Assembly: GCF_036365525.1 (NCBI RefSeq)
Contig: NW_027141968.1
Location: forward strand, 1 to 64,000
Direction: 5' to 3'
Length of the DNA stretch: 64,000 nt
From: Heterodontus francisci
Lineage: Eukaryota
Shown: positions 26,160-37,018 of the stretch, piece by piece
How the letters are laid out: every line of letters starts with the position of its first letter
How positions within the stretch are numbered: the first letter of the stretch is position 1
Notes under the pieces: model-generated
Databases searched by the model: none
The model's input: only the letters and a program-made list of their open reading frames with translations
What the model was told of the DNA's origin: nothing
Program-made: the position numbers and the translations under genes

Positions 26160-26475
26160 CCCCAGTAGTGTCACGCCGGCATTCCCCAGATGGGGAATTA
26201 AAGGCATGGAATGCTAACCACCGTACTGAGGATTGCAGCTGGTCCAGATGACTGTAGGGATGTTGATTTAAATCTATTGATCTCCATAATTTAAAAAGTA
26301 TTGCTTTTTCCCTCGTTCAGCGGCGTGGTGGCTGTCACGGAGCTTCACCACCGCTGTTAAGATCAGGTCAGGCCCTTGCAGCGTCAGCCTCTGTGGTGGA
26401 CCTCTGGCGGAACCGTATTATAGCCGCCCCGACGTCGTGGAGCCCGACGGCACGGGCTTAGTAATATTCAGCCCA
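26160..26475. mobile_element. Possible non-autonomous DNA transposon (Harbinger-like) end
   Basis: CpG-rich stretch ending AATATTCAGCCC. No partner TIR was found. Confidence 0.3.
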
Positions 26476-27297
26476 AGGTGATAATGGTAAGTCGATGATT
26501 GGTCCAAAATCATTTAGTGTGTGTATCTTAATGAAATGGTTATACAAATAGGGTCCGATTTACAGAATGTGTAGAAGACTTCAAGAGACAATTGCAGATT
26601 GAGGCAAGTGTTTTCACACGAGGCTGAAGGCATTTATTTCCATGACTTTTCGCAAGGCAGAAATGCTGTAAAATAACTCTCAGGCACACACTGTAAAGTA
26701 CTTCTCAGATACTATTATGTATCAAGTCTTACTTGTGCAGGATAACGTTTAATCACTGCCATCAATATGGATCAATGTCGACTCAATGCCTATTAAGGTA
26801 TATCAAAAGGAAAACGTAACATAAAGTAGATGATGAAAATCTATTTCCACTGGTTGTGGAATCTAGGAATTGGAGGCAGGGTCTAGAAATGAGATCCAGA
26901 CGTTTCAGCAGTGAAACTAGGAAACACTTGTACACACAACGTGTCGTCAAACTTTGGAACACTCTTTCACAGACAACAATTGCTGTTAGATCAATTGTAA
27001 ATTTTAAATCTCAGAGTGATAGTTTCTGTCAACCAATGTTATCAAGGGATATGGGACAAAGGTACCTGTATGGATGTCGGTCACAGGCCCGCCATGATCT
27101 CATTGAATGTTGCAACGGGCTTCAGGTGCCAAGGGCCACTGACCTGAAACTTTAACTCTGCTTCTCTCTCCACAGATGCTGCAAGACCTGCTGAGTATTT
27201 CCTGCATTTCTTGCTTTCATTTCAGGGGCTAAATGGCCTCCTTCTGTTCTTATATTCCTATGATAAACCCACCTCCATCACCAAGACTACACAGTGC

Positions 27298-27449
27298 TGA
27301 TTCCCCATGTACTTATCGACTCGCCATATTTTAACATTACATCAACACGCACTTACCTGATACACAGCCACAGGGTTGATTCACCATGTGACTATCGACT
27401 GGTCATATATTAACATCTCATCAACATGCACTTACCCTATACACGGAGC
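27298..27449. repeat. ~79-bp tandem duplication containing a minus-strand GTAAGT donor in each copy
   Basis: TGATTC.CCATGT...TATCGACT...TTAACAT...CATCAACA.GCACTTACC occurs twice. Confidence 0.85.
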
Positions 27450-27467
27450 ATCCCAGAACATCCAACT
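27436..27467 (-). CDS. Candidate 32-bp mini-exon (LDVLGCSVYR or SWMFWDAPCI)
   Basis: ATTTTAG| ... AGG|GTAAGT in a non-TE island. Confidence 0.3.
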
Positions 27468-28409
27468 CTAAAATGTTTCATACATATTTCTGTCAAATTT
27501 TCCACGAGAAATTCCAATAACCACATTTTCGATAAATATTAATGATCTGGTCTTGGGTATTTCGTGCACACCGTCAACGTTTGCAGATGAGTCAAATCTC
27601 GGTGATGTAGTAAACAGTGAGGCAGATAGTAACATACTTCAGGAGGTCCCAGACTGACTGGTCAAATGGGCAGACACATGGTAGATGAAAGTTAACACAG
27701 TGAAATGTGTGGTGATATATTTTGGTAGGAAGAAAGAGGAGAGGAAATATAAATTAAATTTTAAGTGGGTGCAGAATGAGAAACCGGGGGTATATGTACA
27801 CATATCCTTGAAAGTCCCAGAACAAGCTGTGAAGGCTTTTTAAAAATCATACAGGATCTCTAACTTTATTAACAGAGTACAAAAGCAAGGAGGTTGCGCC
27901 AAACTTTTATAAGACACTGATTCCTGCTCAGCTGGAATATTGTGTTTAATCCTTAACTTTAGGAAGGATGTCGAGGCCCTGGAGAGGAAGCAGATGGGAT
28001 TTATTAGAATGGTTATGCGGTAAGAGATTTCAGTTATGTGGGCAGACTGGAGAATTTGGTGTTGTCCCCCTTAGGGGAAAGATAGTTAAGACGAGACTTG
28101 GTAGAGACGTTCAAAAACATGAGTAATTTTACAGATTAAATAAGGAGAATCTTTTTTTCTGCAGTGGCAGAAGGGTCTGCAATAAGAGGTTGCAGATTTA
28201 AGGTGATTGGCAAAAGACCATTGGCGCAAAGAGGAGACATTGTTTACACAGAGTTGTGATCTGGAATGCGGTCCATGAAAGGATGGTGGAAGCAGATTCA
28301 ATGGCAACTTTCAAAAATGAATTGAATAAATATTTGAAGGAAACTACAGTGCTGGGATCTGTGAATAAAGAAATTACACTTCAACTCGGTACGAAACGAT
28401 CGACTCTTA

Positions 28410-31400
28410 TTCTGAGTCTATGACCATGTACTCTAGACTCAACAGCCACGGGAAACATTTTCTCAGCATTTACCCTGTCAAGCCCCTTAAGTCGTTTATC
28501 TATTTTCAATAGATCACCTCAAATTCTTCTAAACTCGAGGGAATATACATATCGTCCAAGCAACCTCTCCTCATGGGACACTCCTCTTGTCCCATTAACC
28601 GGTCTACTGAACCTTCCTTCCACTCCTTCTAGGGGAAGTATATCGTTCCTTAAGTAATGAGACCAAAACTGTATACAGGAATCCAGGTGTAGCCTAACCT
28701 AAGCCGGTATAATTGTACTAAGAATTATTTACTCTTATCCTTCAACTACTTTGCAAAAAAAGGTACATACAATTTGCTTTCATAATTTCTTGCTGTATCT
28801 GCGTGTTACCTTTCTGTGATGTATGTACTAGGACAGCTAGGTCCGTCTGAATGTAAACATTCCATGTCTCTCACCAATCAACAAATACACAGATTTTTCT
28901 GTACCTAAGTGGATCACTTCACATTTTGCCACATTGTATTCCATCTGCCATGTTCTTGACAACTCACCCAAGCTGTCTATATCCCTCGGCAGCTCCTCCC
29001 AGCTTACCTTCCAACTTAACTTTGTATCGTCAGCAAAGGTGCATATGTTGCACTCATACTCTTTATCCATGTCATTAACTCACCTTGTAAATAGCTGAGG
29101 CCCAATTACTGATCCTTAAGACACCCTTCTAGTCACAGCGTGTCAATCTGTAAATGCCCTGTTTACACCAACTTTTTTTCTACTTTCCAATCCTTGGGAA
29201 CTATGCTAGAATCTAAGGAATTCTGAAAGATCAAAACCAAAGGATCTAATATCTCTGCAGCTACCTCTTTTAAAACTCTGAGGTGCAGTAGTACAGGTAC
29301 AGGGGATTTGCCACCACTTTGTTCCATTAATTTCAGGAGTACGATGTCTTTACCTATACTGATCCCTACAAGCCCCTCATTCTCACGAGACACAGTGTTC
29401 TCCGTTATTAACGGAACATTTTGTCTTCTACTGTTAATAGTAACAAAATATTTGTTTAATGACTCCGCCATTTCCCCAATATAATTTCACAGGTCTGTGC
29501 CTCCAATGGGCCCACCTTTATTTCCACCAATCTTTTTCCATTTACATAACAATAGAAATGTTCACAATCTGTTTTTATGTCTCTCGCTCATCTACTCTAA
29601 CAGTTTCAGTTCTCTTACCTGATCAAATTCCTGGTCCTCTACTGAAGTCTAAAATCTTCCCAATGCACAGGCTCACATTGAACAACTTCTCCTTCAACTT
29701 GACTCTCTTTCTTCAAGTAAAAGGTGTTGCTATGGGTATGCACATGGGTCCTAGTTATGCCGATCTTTTTGTGGGATGTGTTGAACATTCCTTGCTCCAG
29801 TCCTACTCAGGCCCCCTCCCCCCACTCTTTTTCCGGTACATTGATGACTGTATTGGTGCCGTTTCCTTCTCCCGCCCAGAACTGGAAAACATCATCAACT
29901 TTGTTTTTAATTTCCACCCTTCTGTCACCTTTACATGGTCCATCTCCGACACTTCCTTTCCCTTCTGCGACTTCTCTATCTCCATCTCTGGGGATAGGCT
30001 GTCTATAATATCCATTATAAGCCCACCAAATCCCTCAGCTACCTCGCCTACACTTTTCCACATCCTGCCTCCTGTACGGACTCCACTCCATTCTCCCAGT
30101 TTCCCGGTCTCCGACGCATCTGCTCTGATGATGCAATGTTCCATGACAGTGCTTCTGATATGTGTTCCTTTTTCCTCAATTGAGGATTCCCCCCACTGTT
30201 CTTGACAGGGCCCTCAACCTTGCCCGGACCATTTCCCGCAGCTCTTCCCTCACCCTTTCCCCTCCCTCCCAGAGCCGTGACAAGGTTCCCCTTGTCTTCA
30301 CTTTTCACCCCATCAGCTTCCATATCCAAAGAATCATCCTCCACCATTTCTGCCACATCCAGCGTGATGCCACTACCAAATGCATCTTCCCCTCCCTTCC
30401 CTTGTCAGTATTCTGAAGGGATCCGTGACACCCTGGTGAACTCCTCCATTAACCCACCACCTGACCCCCTTCCCATGGCACCTTCCCCTGCAACCGCAGG
30501 AGGTGCAAAACCTGCCGATTTACCTCCTCTCTCCCGACAATCCCAGGCCCCAAACACTCCTTTCAGGTGAAGCAACGATTTACTTGTACTTCTTTCAATG
30601 TAGTATACTGTATTCGTTACTCACAATGTGGTCTCCTCTACATTGGGGAGACCAAATGCAGACTGTGTGACCACTTCGTGGAACACCTCCACTCAGTCTG
30701 CAAGCAGGGCCGCGCGATTCCGGTTGCTTGTCATTTCAACACTACCCCCGCTCTCATGCTCACATCTATGTCCTGGGCTTGCTGCAGTGCTCCAGTGAAC
30801 ATCAAACGCAAGCTCGAGGAACAGCATCTCATTTACCGATTAGGCACACTACAGCCTGCCAGTCTGAACATTGAGTTCAATAATTTCAGAGCATGACAGG
30901 GCCCCCATTTTACTTTTATGTTTAGTTATTTTTTCTTTTTCCCTTTTTTACATTTTTTTGTGTTTATTTAATTTGTTTCATCTTAGTTTGTTAAGTTTGC
31001 TTACCCAATGTTTTTTCATGTTTGTACTTGCGGCAGTTCAATTTTCAGTCCGTTAACACCCTATATGTACTGATGCTTTGTCATTCAACACATTATTGAC
31101 ATATTGTTTGCCTTTTCTCCACGATGTTTCCGTCAGCTATTTTGTGACCTTGTCCTATCTACACCTTCTCCTTTGTTATCTCTTGCCCCACCCCCACTTT
31201 ACTTGCTTATAACCTTTTACATTTCTAATATTTGCCAGTTCTGAAGAAGGGTCACTCACTTGAAACGTTTACTCTGCTTTTCTCTCCACAGATGCTGCCA
31301 GACATGCTGAATATTTCCAGCATTTCTTGTTTTATTTCATATTTCCAGCATCTGCACTATTTTGCTATTATTGAGTACAGGCTTACTACTCTTTTTGGCA

Positions 31401-31745
31401 ACATTATAAACTTCTATCTTTGATCTGTAACTATATTTAACACCCCTTGTTGGCCACAGTTGGACCACTTTTCTTCGGTGTGATTCCTGTACATTTGTAA
31501 AGGTAGTATTAATTCTTGAAATGCTATCTATTGCTTGTGTACCATGATATATTTCAATGTAGTTTCCCAATCTAACTTAGCCAACCGGTCTCTGAATTTT
31601 ACATAGATTGTTTTCTTTAGGATTAAGACCCTAGTTGCAAATTTCACTTTCAAACTCAATGTAAAATTCGACAATGTTACGGTACCACTAACCATATTAT
31701 GGTACGCTTTACTGCAATGTTATTATCTAACCCTTTCTCATCAAA
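28410..31745 (-). mobile_element. Degenerate CR1 ORF2, split by a Penelope insertion
   Basis: TFADDTKL, LVLIFQNSLDS. The sequence resumes at 31377. Confidence 0.8.
29674..31376 (+). mobile_element. Penelope-like retroelement, 5'-truncated (RT, GIY-YIG, pLTR)
   Basis: GVAMGMHMGPSYA, FRYIDD, VVYCI...CGLLYIGET. Flanking ACAGGCT duplication at 29667-29673 and 31377-31383. Confidence 0.92.
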
Positions 31746-31789
31746 AACTTAAATACATAATGAAGATGGTGACTTAATTCAGCTTACTA

Positions 31790-33895
31790 TTACCTCCCCG
31801 TAAGCCCATCAGATACTGTCAATGTTGTCTCAGGCCTTGGCCAGCTCAGCCACGCCGGATAACATGGGCCAGCTGGCCTTCTGCCCTGGGGCTGTTTGTT
31901 TCTTGACATGAGCATTATCATTACAACGGAAACACATGCAGAATGCCGGAGCACACCCCAGGAGTAGCACCATGCATAGCTAAGAGTGAGGTGTCAACGT
32001 TCTGATGCTACAACCACAGGACTACTTACATGCCAAACAGTGGAAGCAGAACGCGATAGACAGGGCAACGCAATCCCAAAAAAAGGATCAATATCTAAGC
32101 TCTGCAGTCCTGCCACATCCAGTGGTGAATTGTGGTGGACAATTACACAACTGTCATGAGGAGGATGCTTCAGTAAGATCCCCATCTCCAATGATAGAGT
32201 AGCCCAGGACATCAGTGCAAAAGAAGCATTTACAACAATCTTCAGCCAAAATGGATGATCCATCTCGGCCTGCTTTGAGGTCCCCAGCATCACAGTTGCC
32301 AGTCTTCAGCCAATCCCATTCACTCCACACGATATCATGAAGCGGCTGAAGGCACAATTCAGAAAAGTCTGTGGACCCTGACAGCAGTCCGACAATAGTA
32401 CTGAAGACCTGTGCTCCAGAACTATCCATGCCCCTAGCTAAGCTGTTCCAGTACAGCTACAGCACTGGCATCTGCCCTGCAATGTGGAAAATCGCACTGG
32501 TATGTCCTGTTCGCAAACATAAGGACAAATCCAACCAGACCTATTACCGCACTATCAGCCCAATCCCAATCATCAACAAAGTGATGGAAGGGGTTGTTGC
32601 GAGTTCTATCAAGCGGCACCTGCTTAGTAATAACCTGCTCAGTAACCCTCGGTTTGGGTTCCGCCAGGGCTACTTAGCTCCGGACTTCATTACAGTCCTG
32701 GTACAAGCATGGGCAAAGCAACTGCACTCCAGACGTGAGGTGAGGTGAAAGTGACTGCCCTTGACAGTAAGGGTGCATTTGACAGAGTATGGCCCCAAGA
32801 AGCCCTCGAGAAACTGGAGTCAATGGGAAGCAGGCGGAAGATTCTCAACTGTTTCGAGGCATACCAAGCAAAAAGGAAAGATGGTTGTGGTTGCTGGAGG
32901 TCAATCATCTCAGTTGCAGGGCATCACTGAAGGAGTTCCTCAGGGTAGTGTCTTAGGCCCAGCCATCTTCAGCTGCTTCATCAGTGAACTTTCCTTCATC
33001 GAACCATCAGAAGTGGGTTTGTTTGCTCATGATTGCACAATGTTCAGTGCCATTTTGCGATTCCTCAGATACTGAAGCATCTCTTGTCCAGATGCACCAA
33101 GGCCTGGGCATTATTCAGTCTTGAGTTGATAAGGTGAAAGTGACATTTGTGCCACAGAATGCTAGGCAATGATCATCTGAAACAAGAGAGAATCTAATAT
33201 TTTCCCTTGATGTTGACTTGCATTACGATCGCTAAATCCCCGACTATCAACATCCTGGGCTTATCATCGAGCAGCAAATGCACTGGATCATCCACATAAA
33301 AATTCTGTGGTTACTGCAGCATGCACGAGGCTGTGAATTTTGCAGCAAATACCTTGCCTACTGACTCCAAAAAGCCTGTCCAACATCCTTAAGGAACAAG
33401 TCAGGGGTGTGGTGGAATACTGACCACTTGCTTGGATGGGTGTAGCTCCAAAAACACTCAAGAAGCTCGACATATTCTAGGACAAAGCATTCTGCTTGAT
33501 TGGTACACCATTCACCACCTTCACAATTCACTCCCTTCACTACCGATACAGTAGCAGCAGTGTGCACTGCAACAACTCGTCAAGGCTCCTTCGACAGCAC
33601 CTTCAATACCCGCGACTCCTATCACCTAGATGGACAAGGGAAGTAGATGCATGGGAATGCTACCACCTGCAACTTTCCCTCCAAGCCACACACCATCCTG
33701 ACATGGAACTATATCACAATTACTTCACTGCCGTTGGTTAACAATCCTTGAAATATCTTCCTAACAGTACTTTGTGTCTACCTGAACCTGATGGACTGCA
33801 GCGGGTGAATAAGACAGCTCACCATATTCTCAAGGGCAATTTGTGGTCAATAAATGCTGGCCTAGCCAGCGATCCCCACACCCCTTAAATGAATC
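31790..33895 (+). mobile_element. CR1/L2-group LINE (RT and 3' end), degenerate
   Basis: VLKTCAPEL, YRTISPIPII, GVPQGSVLGP, FAHD. Confidence 0.85.
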
Positions 33896-33936
33896 AAAAT
33901 CAACCATTTATTCTCCCCCAACAGTCATTGTCTCAC

Positions 33937-34070
33937 ACGTAGGATCATGTGCGTATGATGGGGAGGATGCTCTCCTGTCTAGGATGCCTTCAATACCATG
34001 CTCCGTAACTATGCGGAGTAGAACGTCCTGCGATTGCGAGATGAGCCTGAGGGGATAAGTCTTGATGATC
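33937..34070 (-). CDS. Candidate internal exon: IIKTYPLRLISQSQDVLLRIVTEHGIEGILDRRASSPSYAHDPT
   Basis: Unique island between TEs. Acceptor TTCCTTTTACAG|, open phase-2 frame, donor GTGAGA (or GTGTGA at 33939). The acceptor abuts a CR1 tail, and a plus-strand acceptor also exists at 33924. Confidence 0.4.
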
Positions 34071-34074
34071 CTGT

Positions 34075-35730
34075 AAAAGGAACAAGTGAGCGGGAGTAGG
34101 TCATTCAGCCTCTCGAGCCTGTGTCACCATTCCATTGCAAGATGATTGATCTTTATCCCCAGTACATGTACAGTTTATTTTTTTTATCCTTTAATAAATG
34201 TATCCAACAAATATATATATCAGTTTCTAGCATTTTCAATCGTTTGCCGGCCTCAACAGCTTTTTGTGGACACTGTTCCAGATTCCCACTACACATTGTC
34301 TGAAGAAGTGCTTACTGAAATCACCCCCGAACGGCCTGGCTCTAATTTTAATGTTTTGACAGCTTGTTCTGAACTCCTGAAACAGGGTAAATAACTGTTC
34401 TGCATCGACCCTATTAAATGATTTAACCACCATAAATATCTCAGTCGGATTACCCATTAATTTTCTATACTCACTGAAATAAAAAACTTAAGCTATGCAA
34501 CCTGTCCTCACAATATTAGCCTAGGTATAATTCTGGTGAATGTGCACAGCACCCCCTCCACATCGGAAATATCCTTCCTGAGATGCAATGCCCAGAACTG
34601 ATCAAAATACTCCAGATGGAGTCTAACCAGAGCTTTATTCAACTTTAATATTTCTTTCTGTAACAACTGTCATTCATTGTCTCTGCCCATCTATTGCATT
34701 GATGCAGATTCTGGCATTCCAATGTGAGCTAAACATTTATGAGGAGGAGGTATTGGATAGGCAGGCTGTTCTTAGAGTTGATAAGACATCAGTAACTGTT
34801 GAGTTGCATGCAATGTTACTGATGAGGTAAGAGTGGACATTACAGATGTGCTGGAAATGATCTTCCAATCCACATGGGTGGTGCCAGAGGGGAGGAAAAT
34901 TGCAATTGTTACACCATTCCTCAAAAAGGGTTTAAGGACAAGCTCTGTGACTGCAGGTCAGTCAGTTAAACTTCGGTGGTGGGAAAGCTTTTAGAAACGG
35001 TATTTCGGGACAAAATTAATAGTCACTTGGACAAATTTGGTTTAACTAAGGATAGCCATCAAGATTTTTTAAAGGGAAAATCGTGTTTAACTAACTTGGT
35101 TGATTTTTCTTTTGAATAGGGAAATGAGAGGGTTGATGAGGATAACACAGTTGAAGTGTGTGCATGAACTTCCAAAAGGCATTTGACGAAGTGCCACATA
35201 ATAGGCATGTCAGAAAATTTGGAGGTATGGAATAAAAATTGAGAGTAGCAGTATGGATAGTAAATTGGTTGAGTGATACCAAACATACAAACACACAAAT
35301 TGTGAGCAGGAGTTGGCCATTCGGCCCCTCAGGCATGCTACACCATTTGATAAGATCATGGCTGATCTGATTGTCGCTTCAACTCTACTTTCCTGTCTAC
35401 CCACTATGCCTTTGACTCCTTTGTCACTCAAATAAACATCGAACCCAGCCTTAAAATATTTTTTAAACTGTGTTCCCTAGTTCCAGTCGCTCCCAAAAGG
35501 GGAAACATCCTCTCAGCATCCACCCTGTCAAACCCCTCAGGAAATTATATGTATGAATAAGATCACCTCTCATTCTTCTAAACTCTAATAGATACAGACC
35601 CAACCTGTCCAACCTTTCCTAAAAAGATAAACACTTCAAAATATGAATCAGCCGAGTTACCCTTCGTTGAACTGCTTCTAATGCAATTGTATCTGTCATT
35701 AAGTAAGGAAACAAAAACTGTTCACAATAC
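34075..35730. mobile_element. Cluster of CR1 fragments in both orientations
   Basis: CR1 3' tails at 34075 and 35290 (minus); RT piece 34720-35290 (plus). Confidence 0.75.
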
Positions 35731-36158
35731 TGTAAGGTTTGATAAGATACCGGTGGTTTATGTCCCTTCTAACGTGGAAACAGACCTGGCAACACAAAGC
35801 TTGTTGAAACTCGACTTAATTCAGATAAAGGGAAATACAACTATTTATTTAAATTTTTAGGTGAACCATAGTCTCAAACACAGGCACTGATTCACAGTCT
35901 AATACAGATATTACCCGTAGTAGAGAGTGGAAAGCTAAGTGCTAAAGCTCTTTTTGATGCAGCTTTTTGTCTTCTGTTTTTCGGTCCGTCTCTCTGCCTC
36001 TTGCCTCTTGCTATTCGAAAATCCTCTGCTGTACCATGTCAAAGACAGGACTTATTTAGTCCTGGAAGCTTTCCAATTAACCCTCCCCACTTCCAATCAG
36101 TTAGTACTCTTGTATAAAAGGATACTTTTCTTAAGCAACTAAGGATCGTTTTGTGTCA
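35731..36158 (-). mobile_element. Possible solo-LTR fragment
   Basis: Starts TGTAAG, has a minus-strand AATAAA, non-coding. Weak evidence. Confidence 0.3.
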
Positions 36159-37018
36159 TAAGAGAAAAATATTGCTGATGCTGGAAATCTGAAATAAAAA
36201 AACAGAAAGAATTAGAATTATGCCTGGTCACGCAGCATCTGTGGAGAGAGAAACTCTGTTAACGTTTCAGGTCCGTGACGTTTCATCAGAACAGGTAAAG
36301 TTCAGAAAATAATTAAATTTTAAGCAAGTGAAGTGGGGGGTGGGGAGCATGGGGAAGGGAACGAAGGAAAATGTGCTTGATAGGGCACAGGAATATTAAA
36401 TAACAACGCTTCCGTGGGACAAAAACAAAGAGTATATTGATGCTTGTGGTGAAAGGAAAAACATTAGTCCAGAGCGAGTATTAATATAAGAATAATGAGC
36501 AGCTCTCACGACATGAAAACCAGGCACATGGTTAAACATAAAACAAAATATGAAAAAGGCCAGTCATGCTCTGAAGTTCAATGTTCAACGCACAAGGCTG
36601 CAGAGAGCATAATCAAATGTTCAGGTGCTGCTCCGCGAGCTTGCGTTGATGTTCACTGGAACACTGGATCAGGCCAAAGGCAGAAACGTTGACACCAGAG
36701 GGGGGTGTTCAAATAACAAGCGACATGAAGCTCGGGGTCATGCTTTTAGACTGAGCAGATGTGTTTCAGAAAGCAGTCACCCCATCTGTGTTAGTTCTCC
36801 CCAATGTAGAAGAAGCTGCAATGCGAGCAGCGAATACAGCATACTAAATTGAAAGAATTACAAGTAAATTGCTGCTTCACCTGGAAGGAGCTTTTCAGGC
36901 CTTGGATAGTGAGGAGAGAGGAGGTAAAAGGGCAGGTATTACACAAAGAACAAAGATAATTACAGCACAGGAACAGGCCCTTCGGCCCTCCAAGCCTGCG
37001 CCGATCCAGATCCTCTCT

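Larger units (their letters stand above)
26810..28360 (+). mobile_element. Two degenerate CR1 3' fragments (26810-27260, 27530-28360) plus a small Penelope pLTR piece (~27138-27222)
   Basis: TQRVVKLWN, FAD and QLEYCV-like remnants. Confidence 0.7.

Noticed and set aside
26733-26790. Possible minus-strand exon (GIESTLIHIDGSD*TLSCT) with AG/GTAAGA
   Set aside because: Stops in all three frames.
33925-34058. Plus-strand exon after the CCCCCAACAG acceptor
   Set aside because: No good donor, and it reads like the antisense of the minus frame. Not fully excluded.
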